64,000 nucleotides of DNA from Dictyostelium discoideum (Eukaryota), in contig CM000153.2 of assembly GCA_000004695.1 (NCBI GenBank), positions 1,216,001 through 1,280,000 of the forward strand. The letters are read 5' to 3'. Shown piece after piece: positions 26,275 through 38,495 of the stretch (positions are counted from its first letter, which is position 1; each line of letters begins with the position of its first letter). A program made the position numbers and the translations under genes. The notes below the pieces were generated by a model, which saw only the letters and a list, made by a program, of their open reading frames with translations, was not told where the DNA came from and searched no databases.

Positions 26275-26406
26275 TTTTTTTTTCAATATAGTTTCTTTGA
26301 AGAGCAAAAAAAAAAAAAAATTTCTGTGCTAAACCTAATTTTTTATTTATTTATTTTTTATTTTTTTTATTTATTTTTATTTATTGACTTACTAATCTGG
26401 GTTCAT
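25175..26406 (-). CDS. rab1A: Rab1A small GTPase, 3 exons: 26393..26406 (14-nt micro-exon), 25708..25876 and 25175..25600. 202 aa.
   Basis: The assembled protein reads [61 protein letters not shown]|[31 protein letters not shown]…NKSDL…ETSAK…SGCC*. Donors are GTAAGT (26392) and GTATGT (25707). Acceptors are ..TTTTTAG (25877) and ..ATTTAG (25601). Phases 2 and 0 are consistent. G1–G5 motifs and the C-terminal CC prenylation site are all present. Confidence 0.9.
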
Positions 26407-27068
26407 TTCTAATTCTATAGAATTTAGTTTTTATAATTGGATGTGTTAAAAATAAAGTAATAATATAAAAAAAAAAAAAAAATATAGTGGAGTTGTGTGT
26501 ATGTGCAAAAAATATAAAAAAACCCAAAAAAAAAAAAAAAAAAAAAAGAAAAAATTTTTAAAAAAAAAATAAAAAATTAAAAAAAAAAATAAAAAAAAAA
26601 AAATTCAATTTTCAATTATGTGGTTACTTTTAATTTTTTTTTTTTTCTATTTTTTTTTTATTTTTTTTTTTTTATTTTTTTTTTAAAAAATTACCTTTGT
26701 TTTTATTTCCTATTCCGTTGATTTTTGATTTTCTTTATTGGATGTGATTTTTATAAAATAAAAATAAAAATTAAAATTAAAATTAAAACTAGAAATAAAT
26801 AAATAAATAAATAATAAATAAATTAATTAAATAATTAATTATATCATTTTAAATAAGAAGTTTTTTTTTTAAAGAAAAAAAAATAAAAAAATAAAAAAAA
26901 ATAAAAAAAAATAAAAAAATAAAAAAATAATTAAATTTAATTTCAAAGAAAAAAAAGACGTATTTGTTCAAAGAAAAAAATTCGGATATCTTTTTAAAAG
27001 AAAGTATGTGTATCATATATCTAAGATTTTTATTTTTATTTTTATTTTATTTTATTTTAATTTTTATA

Positions 27069-27112
<44 letters not shown>

Positions 27113-27224
27113 ATTTTAGATATGTGTAATAATAAAAAAAAAAAAAAAAAGTGAATTGTACTGACAAGGATTTTTTTTTTATTTTAACAATTTTTTATTT
27201 TTTATTTTAGATATTGTATAAAAA

Positions 27225-30032
27225 ATGGATGATATTAATAGTGAAAAATTATTTTTTAAAATTATTAGAAATAAAATAATATTTAAAATAATTTTATCAT
27301 TTTTAAAATTAAATAAAAAACTTTGTAATAAAGAATTAAATTATAAAATATTTTTAAATCCAGAATTATATAATAATAATTATTATTTCAAAAGAATTAA
27401 AAAAGAAAATGAAATAAAGAGTGGTTCAATTCATTGTAATGATAGAGAAGAATTTGAAATTAGGTCAACCTTTTTCAAATTTAATCAATTTTCATCAATA
27501 AATAATATTGAACAAATGTTTGAATTAAATAAAATTGAATTATTAAAATCAAAAATAAAATCAATAATTTATAATCAAGATTCTTCTAATGGTGGTGGTG
27601 ATGATGATGGTTCAATATCAACATTATCAACAGATTTAATATTTAATAAAAAATCAATTTCAAATATTTTTCAAAAAATCGATGGAAATTTAATTGAAAA
27701 TCAAATTTTTTATATCAAACTTTTATCAAATAATCCATATTTAGCCATTGATTATGATCTTTTATCAATGTCTTGTAAATTTAATAATTTATTTTTATTA
27801 AAATTATTAATTAGAAATAAAATTGTTGACATATCAGCTATTCAACCAAATTATCCAATAATATTATCAATATATAATATAAGAGATAATATCACCCTTT
27901 CAATAGATTCATTATTAAAAAAGTCTTTAAAATATGGTAGAGTTGAAATCATTGAATATTTATTATCAATGAATTTATCAAAGACAACAATATTATCAAC
28001 ATCATTATTACCATTTAAATTATCAATTGAATGTAAAATTAAAGAGAATAGAAATGAAATTGTTAAATTATTATTCAATAAATTAAATTATTTACAAGAT
28101 TTCATTAATAATAAACAAATTAATTTAACATCATTAATTGTTAATGAAAAACCATTTATTTCAATATTAAATTTATTTGATTTACAAATTAAAATTTTAG
28201 AAATAATTTTAAATAAATTTCATACTTTAATAATTAATAATAATAATGATGATGATCCAAAAAATAAAGTTTCATCGAATTTTATAATGTCTGAAATTAC
28301 AAAAATTATTGAACATAATTTAATATTAAATTTCACACAGCAATCATCATGTGAATTGGTTAGGAAATTAATTTTAATTTTTACAAAATTAACTCCAAAG
28401 AATAATTCAAAAACTAAACATTTATTAGAAAAAGAAATTGAAATTTTTAAAAATAATAGTAGTAATAATCAAATTAAATATATTAAATGGGTTTTATATC
28501 ATACTTTACCATTGTTATGTGACTCATATTGGAATTTTTTAAATTTAAATTTTAGAAATTTAATATACAGTTTTTCAATTAAATTCGAAAATCAACAACA
28601 TCAAGAAAAAACTTTAAAAAAGTATTTCAAATCAAGTTTAATCACTATAAATGATTTATTTAAACCAATTTCAATGTTAGATTTTAATTATTTAAAAATT
28701 ATGATTTCAAATTTTAAACAATTCAATTCAAAAGATTATATAATTTCAAATGGTATAATTTTATTTGACTTAATAAAATCATCATCATCATCATTCACTC
28801 ATGATAATATTGATAAATTATTAGAATTTATAAAATTAATAATTTTAAAAATATCATCAAATAAATTAAAAAATAATAATGATGATGATGATGAAATTTT
28901 ATTTTTAACTTTAAATTCATTAATTCATCAATTAATTAAAATTAAAGATATTAAAAATTTATTAATTATTAAAATTAATTTACAATTAAATAAATTGCAA
29001 AATCATATTAAAATTAATATTAATAATTCAAATTATTTAATTAAAAATCAATTATTGGAATTAATTGAACAACAACAAGATAATAATAATAATAATAATA
29101 ATTTAATAATTAATAAAGATTTTAAATTTTTATTAAATGATAAAAGTGGGAAAGTATTAGGTCAATTATTAAAGAGAAGGATAGTAACTGAAATAGCAAA
29201 AAGTGATGAAATTGAATTTGCCATTTCAAGACAATTGTATATACCAATAATAAAATTAATAAAGTATAATAAATTTTTACCAATAAATAATAATAATAAT
29301 AATAATTTACAAGAAAAGCAAGAAAGAATTAATTATTTAAGGAATATTAGAGATGAGTTTTTAGGAAAATCAAATTTTGTTAGTTTTACATTTTTAAAAT
29401 GTTCAATTAATTATTTCGAAAATGAACTAGAGAAATTGGGTGAAAAAAGGATAACAGTCATTCAAAATTATGTTTATTATATATTAAGATCAATAGATGC
29501 AGGTGATTTTTATGAAACTTTTAAATATTTTCAATATTTAGATTTAATTTTTAAAAATGATCTTGTTGGAGTAATTGAATCAATATGTATAAAAATCGGT
29601 GAAATTGGTAATACTGAATTACTTTCTGATCTTTTAGATAATTTAGATGCTATTTATTATTGTAATGATAGTGGTAGTAATGAAGATGAAAAAAATAAAA
29701 ATTGTAAATTACATACATATTTTTTATTTCAAATTTTATCGAAATCAATTTTCTCTCAACAATTACCATCAATTAAATTAATTCATTCAAGATATAAAAC
29801 TAATTTTAATTTATTTCCATGTATAAATTCAAAAAATCAATCAAATTTAATTTATCAATCAAATTTAGAATCATTTGCAATATTATCTTTAACATTAAGA
29901 TCATTTAAAATTTTTGAATATTTAGTATTCAAAATTAGTATTAAATTCGATAAAAATAAGTTTAACCCATTAAAAAAAGATAAATCTCTTCAAATTTATC
30001 TTGATAGTTTATCAAAAATAAATAAACTATAA
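27225..30032 (+). CDS. Hypothetical Ile/Leu/Asn/Lys-rich protein (935 aa), single exon, no recognised domain.
   Basis: Uninterrupted ORF with an ATG in a good A-rich context. Composition is typical of Dictyostelium orphan genes. Weak ankyrin-like periodicity (…YGRVEIIEYLLSMNL…) but no definitive motif. Confidence 0.6.
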   Translation: MDDINSEKLFFKIIRNKIIFKIILSFLKLNKKLCNKELNYKIFLNPELYNNNYYFKRIKKENEIKSGSIHCNDREEFEIRSTFFKFNQFSSINNIEQMFELNKIELLKSKIKSIIYNQDSSNGGGDDDGSISTLSTDLIFNKKSISNIFQKIDGNLIENQIFYIKLLSNNPYLAIDYDLLSMSCKFNNLFLLKLLIRNKIVDISAIQPNYPIILSIYNIRDNITLSIDSLLKKSLKYGRVEIIEYLLSMNLSKTTILSTSLLPFKLSIECKIKENRNEIVKLLFNKLNYLQDFINNKQINLTSLIVNEKPFISILNLFDLQIKILEIILNKFHTLIINNNNDDDPKNKVSSNFIMSEITKIIEHNLILNFTQQSSCELVRKLILIFTKLTPKNNSKTKHLLEKEIEIFKNNSSNNQIKYIKWVLYHTLPLLCDSYWNFLNLNFRNLIYSFSIKFENQQHQEKTLKKYFKSSLITINDLFKPISMLDFNYLKIMISNFKQFNSKDYIISNGIILFDLIKSSSSSFTHDNIDKLLEFIKLIILKISSNKLKNNNDDDDEILFLTLNSLIHQLIKIKDIKNLLIIKINLQLNKLQNHIKININNSNYLIKNQLLELIEQQQDNNNNNNNLIINKDFKFLLNDKSGKVLGQLLKRRIVTEIAKSDEIEFAISRQLYIPIIKLIKYNKFLPINNNNNNNLQEKQERINYLRNIRDEFLGKSNFVSFTFLKCSINYFENELEKLGEKRITVIQNYVYYILRSIDAGDFYETFKYFQYLDLIFKNDLVGVIESICIKIGEIGNTELLSDLLDNLDAIYYCNDSGSNEDEKNKNCKLHTYFLFQILSKSIFSQQLPSIKLIHSRYKTNFNLFPCINSKNQSNLIYQSNLESFAILSLTLRSFKIFEYLVFKISIKFDKNKFNPLKKDKSLQIYLDSLSKINKL

Positions 30033-30305
30033 TCTAATTAAATCTACTATTTTTTTTATTATTTTTTTTAATTTTATTTTATTTTATTTTATTTTATTTA
30101 ATTAAATTTATTTAATTATTTCTTTTTATTATTTTTCTAAACCCAAAAAAAAAAAAAAAAAGAAAAAAAAAAATTGTATAAAAAAAAAATTATTAAAAAA
30201 AAAAAAAAAACCAACAACTGATTGTTTTGATCAAAATTTTTTGAGATGGGTTTGTGTGTGGAAAATGAAAAAAAAAAAAAAAATATTTGCTCTGAAAAAA
30301 AAAAA

Positions 30306-30340
<35 letters not shown>

Positions 30341-31299
30341 TAAGAGAAAAATAGGATAGAGAAAAAAAATATTTGTTTGTTTTTTTTTTTTTTCAATTGT
30401 AATAATAGAATAATACAAAATAAAAAGGTTAATTGAACATATATAGAATTTAGTAAGTACACCCCCAAAAAATATATATTTTTTTTTTTTTTTTTTTTTT
30501 TTCTAAAATCATATCGTCATCATCACTATTTGCGTACAAAGTTTATTTTTATTTTTATTTTTTATTTTTTTTATTTTTATTTTTTATTGGAGTTCGGCTT
30601 TCTATTGTTGGGCTTCTAAATTGCCTGCATCACTTTCATTATTAAATTGGTTTAAAAATATCTATTTTTTAATTTAATTTTTTTAATTTTTTTAGTTTTT
30701 TTTTTTTATCAATTTTTAAACAAACCCCAAAAAAAAAAGAAAAAAAAAAAAAAAAAAAATTTTAAATTAAAATTTAAATATAAATCTTATGTATCTCATA
30801 TAATTAATACAGTAATTTTGTATGTATGCTTTTAATAAATAATACAAAAAAAAAAAATAAAATAAAATAAAATAAAATAAAAAAAATAAAATAAAATAAA
30901 AATAAAAATAATTAAATAATTAAATAAATAATTAAATAATTAAATAATTAAATAATTAAATAATTTATTTTATTCAGTTAAGTGTGAGGAAGAAGATTTT
31001 ATTTTTATTTTTATTTTTATTTTTATTTTTATTTTTTTATTTTTTCAAAAGTGTAAAATGTCGTTTGAATAAGATTTGTTTATGTATTGGTAATATCGAC
31101 GATTGTAATATCACCATTGTTTTTTAATATTATTATTATCATTATTTTTATTTTTATTTTTATTTTTATTTTTATTATTATCACTTAAGATAATAAACCC
31201 ATGTGACTGTTTCCGAAACAAATGACACACAATGTGGTATTATTGTTTGTATGCACCACACCACTTTTTTTTCTTTTTTTTTTTCTTTTTTTTTTTTTT

Positions 31300-31335
<36 letters not shown>

Positions 31336-31342
31336 GACACAA

Positions 31343-31410
<68 letters not shown>

Positions 31411-31470
31411 CTTTAAAAAAAAATAATAAACAAAATCATTTTTTATACAAAGTGAAATAAAGAAAAGTAC

Positions 31471-31527
<57 letters not shown>

Positions 31528-31550
31528 TAATAATAATAATAATAATAATA
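31471..31550. repeat. (AAT)n microsatellite, ~27 units, non-coding
   Basis: taataataataa… Flanked by a poly(T) run at 31330..31410. Confidence 0.9.
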
Positions 31551-31676
31551 ATTTGATTTTCAATCAATTGGTAATTCACAATTGTTAGCAGGTAAAACAA
31601 AGGGGAACTTGAACAATAATCCATTTTTTTTTCTTTTACACACTGTTTTTATTTATTTATTTGTTTTTTTTTATTT

Positions 31677-31682
31677 ATTTTT

Positions 31683-31729
<47 letters not shown>

Positions 31730-31765
31730 TTTTATTTTATTTTATTTTATTTTATTTTATTTATT
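31677..31765. repeat. (TTTA)n then (TTTTA)n compound microsatellite
   Basis: tttatttatttattta…ttttattttatttta. Confidence 0.85.
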
Positions 31766-31908
31766 TATTTTTTGGAAAAATAAAAAAAAATCCCTATAAT
31801 TGTTGTTACCATTATCATTTTTAGCATCATGTTTTATTTATAGTACATCACCCCACTCACGACTTTGTGGTGTTTTTTTTTTTTTTTTTTTTTTTAAAAA
31901 TTTTTTCT

Positions 31909-31939
<31 letters not shown>

Positions 31940-32345
31940 ATTTTTTTACAATTCCATTTTATTTTTTTAATTGATAATAGATAATTAATTTGTTAAATTT
32001 AGAACATATTAAAAAAAAAAAAAAAAAAAAAAAAACCAATAACCAAAAGACAATTAAAAATAAATAAAATTTTCTTTTTTTTATTTTTTAATTTATTTTT
32101 TATTATTATTTATTTTTATTATTTTTTTATTTAATTAAAAAAATAATTATACACTTCTTACAACCATTACTCACACTTTTTTTTTTTTTTTTATAATTTT
32201 ATTTTTTTCATACAACTTAGAAAATATTGGAGTTTTAAAAATAAATAAAATATAACATAATTAATATAAAATAAAATATAAAATAAAATAAAATAAAATA
32301 AAATAATTTAATAAAACAAAATTTAAAATTATTATTAATATAGAA

Positions 32346-32368
32346 TTAATACAAAATAAATAAATAGA

Positions 32369-32447
<79 letters not shown>

Positions 32448-32448
32448 A
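32346..32448. repeat. (AAAT)n microsatellite, ~26 units, ~130 bp upstream of the MEGAP-like gene start
   Basis: aaataaataaataa…. Confidence 0.9.
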
Positions 32449-32464
32449 TATAAAGAAGAAAGGG

Positions 32465-32507
<43 letters not shown>

Positions 32508-32574
32508 GTAATAATAGTAAAAAAAAAAAAAAAAAAAAAAGTTATTTATTTTATAAATAAATACTTTAAATAAA

Positions 32575-35382
32575 ATGGCCTCTTTAATTGGAAGTGCTAA
32601 ATTACCTTTTAATGTAAGTTTTTTTTTTTTTTTTATTTGAAAGCAAAAAAAAAGAATTCTAATTTTTTTTATTTTTATTTTTTTATAATAGAATGAAGTT
32701 GAATTAATATCAGATGAAATTGAAAAAGGATTAAATGATTCAACAACAATTAGAAAATTTTTTGAAAAAAGGGCACAAATAGAGGAAGAATATGCAAAGA
32801 ATTTACAAAAATTATGTAAAGCTACACCAATTTTATTGAAATCAGGAGGTACATCAGATGCATTTTCAATGATAGTAGAGAGTACTAATCAATTTTCAAA
32901 TCATACAATATCAACAATTCAAAGATTTAATCAAGATGTTAATGATCCATTAGCAGGGTTTATAAAAGATCTTAGAGGAGAGTTAAAACAATACTCTTTG
33001 GAAGGTCAAAATTTAGCAAAAGAGAGGAAACAGGCATTCGATTCATTGAAATCCTCGAAAGCATTGTATGAACAAATGTGTAATAATCCTGAATCTGATG
33101 TAATGAAAGTTCAACAATCCGAAGAGGAATATAAACTTCAAGTACAAGCATGTAATCAATATCATTCACTCTATCATCAAGAAAAGTTACCAAAGATTCA
33201 AAATGAAATCATTAGATTAGAAACTGTTAGAATGCAAAAAATGAAAACAAATCTAAAGAAATACATTACAGAATTTGAAAGTATACCACAAAAACAACAA
33301 CAATCAATTAAAGATTCTGAAGAATTAATAAATTCAATTGATACAAAACAAGATATTCAATCTTTTACAAACTTTAATAAAACTTTAAATACACCAACTC
33401 CAGATTTTCAATTTGAATCATGTGAATCAATTAATGGTGGTGGCGGTGGTGCTGCTGGTAGAAAATCAAAAAAGGGTGGTTGGAGACAAACCATTTCTGT
33501 ATTAAAAATTGGTAATGCTTTTATGAAAGATGATGGCACAATTGTTAATGGTAATTCTTCTTTAAATTCAAGTAGCAGTAATATAAATATTTTAAATAAT
33601 CCTATAGTTTTTAAAATACCAATTGAAGAGATTATGTTTAAACAAAAGTCAAAATTCCCAAATTTAGATATACCTTATATATTGGTATTATTGGTTAATC
33701 TTATAAAGAAATTAGATAATGGTATGGGTATGAAAACTGAAGGTATCTTTAGAATTCCTGGTCATACTAGTGAAGTGAATGCTTTGAAAAAGTTAATTAA
33801 TGAACAAGGTGAATATCAATTCCCACCTGACCTATACTCAATTCATCCAATTGCTTCACTTTTAAAACTTTGGTTACGTGAAATGCCTCAACCATTAATT
33901 CCAAATTACGTTTATGATAAATCATTAGAATGTCAATCAATAGAAGAGTTTATAGTTTTTTTCAAATTTTTACCAGCTTCAAATCAAAAGATTATCACTT
34001 ATTTAGCAGGTTTCTTAAATGAATTGGTTCAGCCAGATAATGTAGTCACTAGTAAAATGAATTTAGATAATGTTGCTATGGTTTTCGCTCCTTCTTTCTT
34101 AAGATGTGATAGTCAAGATATGATTTTAGCAAATGTAGATAGAGAGAAAACTTTAGTTAAATTAATAATTGAAGGTTATTTAAAATTATCTGATGTTTGT
34201 CCAATACAATTGGATGATATTGATTCAAAAATTCAAATTCCATCATTTAGTAATAATAATAATAATTCTACAACAACAACTACAACAACTACAACTACAA
34301 CAGTACCATCATCAACTTCAACAAATATAACAACTAATGGTGCCTCGGCACTAGGTGCTGAAAGTTCAACAACACCTTTACCATCATTAACAACTTTTTC
34401 ACAATCACAATCTAGTTCACCACCAAATCAACCATCACCATCTATAACTCCACAACAAGTTTCAAATTTACCACCATCATATCAACCACCACAACCACCA
34501 CCGACCATGGCACCACCACCATTATTTAATATTCCACAACAACAACAACAGCAACAAGTAACAAATAACAACAACAGTGGAGGTTATACACCACCACCAT
34601 TACAATATACCCAATCTTCTTCAAATTTACCACCAATTCAATTAGGTGTAACTAATTCACCTTCAAAACCACAATTATCAGATAAACAAAAGGAAAAAGA
34701 AAAAGAAAAAGAAAAAGAAAAAGAAAAAGAAAAGGAAAGAGAAAAAGAAAAAGAAAAAGAAAAAGAAAAAGAAAAAGAAAAGGAAAAAGAAAAAGAAAAG
34801 AAGGGACATAAAAAGTCATCATCATCAACATCACCAAATTCTTCCAGTTTATCAATTTCAAACTTTTTATCAAGTAACAAGGATAAGGATAAAGAAAAAG
34901 ATAAAGAAAAAGAAAAAGAAAAAGAAAAAGAAAAAGATAAAGAAATATTAGCGACTAATTCAACACCAGAAAAACCAGTTTCAAATCGTATGTCATTAAT
35001 ATTTAGTCAACAATTACAACAACAATTACAGCAACAGATTCAACAACATCAACAATTACAACAACAAAGTAATGGGTCACCAACATCACCAATTTCACCT
35101 TCATCTGCAAATAATTCACCATCAATGTCGCCAAGTATGGTGAAAAGAACAATTCGCCCAAATTTACCACCACTTCAATCTGGTACATCTGCCACAACTT
35201 CATCTTCTTCTTTAACTTCATCATCTTCACCAACTCTCACATCTTCAAAAGACAATATTCAAAAACAACAATTACCTGAACTAAACCAACAACAACAACA
35301 ACAATCACCTCAAGCCGAACTTAAATCATCAGGTATTAAAAGCTTATTACAAAGAGTCCCTCCACCACCATCACAAAGTTAA
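32575..35382 (+). CDS. F-BAR (FCH) + RhoGAP domain protein of the MEGAP/srGAP-like family (~909 aa), 2 exons: 32575..32613 and 32692..35382.
   Basis: Exon 1 is MASLIGSAKLPFN|GTAAGT. Acceptor ATAATAG at 32691. FCH/F-BAR region: IRKFFEKRAQIEEEYAKNLQKLCK…coiled coil. RhoGAP region: GIFRIPGHTSEVNALKKL…LLKLWLREMPQPLIP…MVFAPSFLR (arginine finger and conserved core). The C-terminus has a (KE)n-encoding (GAAAAA)n microsatellite and polyQ/S/T/P tracts. Confidence 0.85.
34684..34940 (+). repeat. Coding (GAAAAA)n / (GAAAAAGATAAA) microsatellite encoding a (KE)n / KDKEKE tract inside the MEGAP-like gene
   Basis: aaagaaaaagaaaaagaaaaag… in frame (KEKEKEKE…). Confidence 0.85.
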
Positions 35383-35477
35383 GAAAAAAAATAAAAACAA
35401 AACCAAAAACTATGTATCACTATAAAAAAAAAAAAACAAAACATATATCATATAAGTGTTAAACACTCATCATAAAA

Positions 35478-35638
35478 AATATATATATATATAGATCCCT
35501 CCACACAACTCAATATAGAAAAAAAAAAAAAGAAAAAAATTATATATAATAAAGGTTAAATTTTTTATACCTCTTTTTTTTATTTTTTATTTTTGTAAAA
35601 TAATAATTATCAATTTTTATTTTTGTATTTCCAAAAAC

Positions 35639-35675
<37 letters not shown>

Positions 35676-35830
35676 CAAATAATTCCCGAGCAATCAATAG
35701 TCATTCTTTGATCAACTTGTAATAGTAGCAATACCATTCATCTGCAAATTAATGATTTATCATAATTCTTCTACTGGCAATACTATAATCCCATTCCATT
35801 GGTTTTTTGAATAGGTAACTATTTATTTTT
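35478..35830. repeat. Segmental duplicate (~85% identity) of 36997..37340, which is the 3' exon plus 3' flank of the phosphatase gene
   Basis: Shared strings include ccctccacacaac…ataaaggttaaattt.ttatacctcttttttt.attttttatttttgtaaaataataattatc and gcaatcaatagtcatt…gcaataccatt…ctgcaaatt.atgatttatcataattcttctac.tgcaatactataatcccattccattg. Confidence 0.8.
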
Positions 35831-36480
35831 TATTGTTGTTTTTTTCTTTGAAAAAGAAAAAAAAAAAATTATTATCAAATTAGTTTATATTGGTTTTATA
35901 AAAGAATATTTTAAAATAAAAATAATAAAAAAATAATACAAGAATCAAACCAAGATCATAGAGAAACCTAATTTCTATCCATTATTTTTTTTACTAATTG
36001 AATTATCATTAAAAGTTTTTGAATCACCAAGATCATAAAATATGTTGTTAGTGTTTAAATTTACAATACCAGTATAAATAGTTTTATTAACTTCATTACC
36101 AATTTTATCACCAGTATAAATAATTTGATCTCCATAATTTAAAAAAGAACTAATTTTTTCTTTTATATTTGTCACCAGGGGTTGATTTGGATTTTTGTTA
36201 AAATTGGTGTTGATATTGTGGTGGTTGTTGGTTTTAACTACATAGTATTAAAAAAATTAAATTGACCAGTAGATGAATTACAACCATTTGAAAAATAATC
36301 CCAATTTTTTTTTTTTGTTTTATTGGGGTTGGTTTTTGGTGGAGGTAGGAATGGAAGAAGTGGAGGATAATCACTTAGATTTGTATTATCCTTAAATCTA
36401 ATTTCACCAATAGATGTACCAAAGTTTTCCTTCAATGAAACTGATCCATCATCTTTAATATTTGATTCTTCAATTTTATT
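35650..36480 (-). pseudogene. Decayed paralogue of the downstream PTP-like phosphatase gene. It keeps a fragment resembling the middle of exon 1 (36238..36480) and a 3'-exon copy (35680..35830) with frameshifts. The catalytic HCx5R region is lost.
   Basis: 35478..35830 aligns at ~85% identity with 36997..37340, which is the 3' exon plus 3' flank of the intact gene, but has 1-nt indels and a different stop context. 36238..36435 translates to KENFGTSIGEIRFKDNTNLSDYPPLLPFLPP, resembling ANPQFGEFGTNVTLGDLWDPNFLPE of the intact gene, and is bounded by stops. Track ORFs 35975..36175 and 36238..36435 are its broken frames. Confidence 0.55.
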
Positions 36481-37141
36481 TAATTTTTAATTCTACCATT
36501 ATAAAATAAAAGTAAAAAAATTCAAAATAAAATTAATATTTAAATAAAATATTAATTTTTAATTTTTTTTATTTGTTATGAAAAATAATAATTTAAATCT
36601 TACCATTTTTTAATAATACAAGAATAGTTATTTCTTGATATATTGTTTAATAATTTAAATATAATGAATTTTTCATCTTTTATAGATTTTTATAACAAGT
36701 GTCTAAGAAATATAATCACATTTTATTTAGAATTTTTTTTTTTTTATTTTTTATTTTTATTTTTTTTATTTTTAAAATAAATAATAAAAAAAATAATTTT
36801 TTATTTTAAAATTTAAAATTATGTCAAATTAATAACCAAACAAAAAACAAAAAAAAAAAATATAAAATAAAAATGTTTATTAGAATCAACTGGTAATTCT
36901 GATTTGTGACCAAAAATTAATTTAATATTAAAAATTTCAAATGTGTCTGAGAATTTAACATTTAAACTTGCCGAATTTTTATTAAACAGTTTATTAATTC
37001 ACCATAGACCCTCCACACAACTTAAATAGGAAAAAAAAAATTATATTTAATAAAGGTTAAATTTGTTATACCTCTTTTTTTATTTTTTATTTTTGTAAAA
37101 TAATAATTATCTTTAATTTTTATTTTTAAAAATTTCTTTTT

Positions 37142-37377
37142 TTATTCAAATAAAGGTGGTGCTGAGCAATCAATAGTCATTCCTTCAGCAACTTGTAAAT
37201 AGTAGCAATACCATTGAGCTGCAAATTGATGATTTATCATAATTCTTCTACCTGCAATACTATAATCCCATTCCATTGCTTCTTTAAATGAATAACCTAA
37301 ATATTTCATGGCATATGAAGCAAATACCTCTCCAGTTCTATCACAACCACATTCACTATTTATTTATTATTATTAAT

Positions 37378-37408
<31 letters not shown>

Positions 37409-37413
37409 AATTA

Positions 37414-37444
<31 letters not shown>

Positions 37445-38007
37445 AATTATTAAATAAATATTTTTACATACCAATGAATATATAAAACTAAAGGTAAATC
37501 ATTTTCAGAATTTAAAATATTACGGTAGAATGGGATTCTATATGGTAAATTGTCATGTTGCCAGTCTGATAAATTTAAAGCCCAACTTTTAACATCATGT
37601 TCAGGTAAAAAGTTTGGATCCCAAAGATCGCCCAAAGTAACATTTGTACCAAATTCACCAAATTGTGGATTTGCATTAAAGAAAGTTTGCTCCAATTCAA
37701 TATCTGACTCTTCATCTTTTAATCCATAGATAAGTTTGATATCGACAATAATAAATTGAGGTGGTAATTTGACACCTGTTGTTAATGAATTGTTTACCAT
37801 ACATTTTATTAATTCTTCATATGCAAAGTAATTTTCACCATTAACTAATATTTTTGGCTCGTTACCTCTGAAGATATAATTTGTATTTCCATTTGATAAT
37901 GAAACTTGGTCAACTAAATGAACCTTTTTATATTCTAAATAATCACCATTAATTAAAACTATGGAAATTGATAATATTAAAATTATCAAATTTAAAATTA
38001 TTTTCAT
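37142..38007 (-). CDS. Secreted protein-tyrosine-phosphatase-like protein (Y_phosphatase3/PTP-like family, HCx5R active site), 2 exons: 37472..38007 and 37142..37355. 249 aa.
   Basis: N-terminal signal peptide MKIILNLIILILSISIVLING. Exon 1 ends ..LVLYIH + TG, then GTATGT at 37471 (phase 2). Acceptor AAATAG|T at 37356 gives the Cys codon TGT. The active site reads IHCECGCDRTGEVFASYAM, followed by WDYSIAG, matching the DY.S motif of bacterial/plant PTP-like enzymes. The unspliced track ORF 37450..38007 reads through into the intron. Confidence 0.8.
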
Positions 38008-38495
38008 TTTTTTTTTTTTTTTTTTTTTTATAAAATATTTATTTGTATGTATCTAATAAAATATAAATAATTTATGTGTGGGTTGTTTTTTTTTTTTTTT
38101 TTTTTCTCAATATACTTTTTTTTTTTTTTTTTTTTATTTTTTTCTTTTTTTTTATTTTTCTTTTAATTGGGGGTTAAAAAATAAAAAAAATAAAAAAATA
38201 AAAAAATAAAAAATAAAATAAAATTGAAATTGAATGATGGGATCCCAATAAAATAAAAAAAATAAAAAAATAAAAAAATAAAAAATAAAAATGAAAATAA
38301 AAATATCTAAATAAAATTTTTAGTGCAAAGATTAATCTTTGGTAATATAAAATTTATTTCTTTTTATATTATCATCTAGTGATAATGCCTCTTTGTTAAT
38401 TTTACTAAATTTGAAAAGTAATAAGAAAAAAAAAAAAAAAAAAAAAATTAGTGTGGGTTTTATTATTATTTATTATTTATTATTATTATTTATTA

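Noticed and set aside
30137-31824. Cluster of 60–107 aa ORFs (poly-F, poly-K, poly-L, poly-I)
   Set aside because: They are homopolymer and microsatellite translations in the long intergenic interval, not genes.
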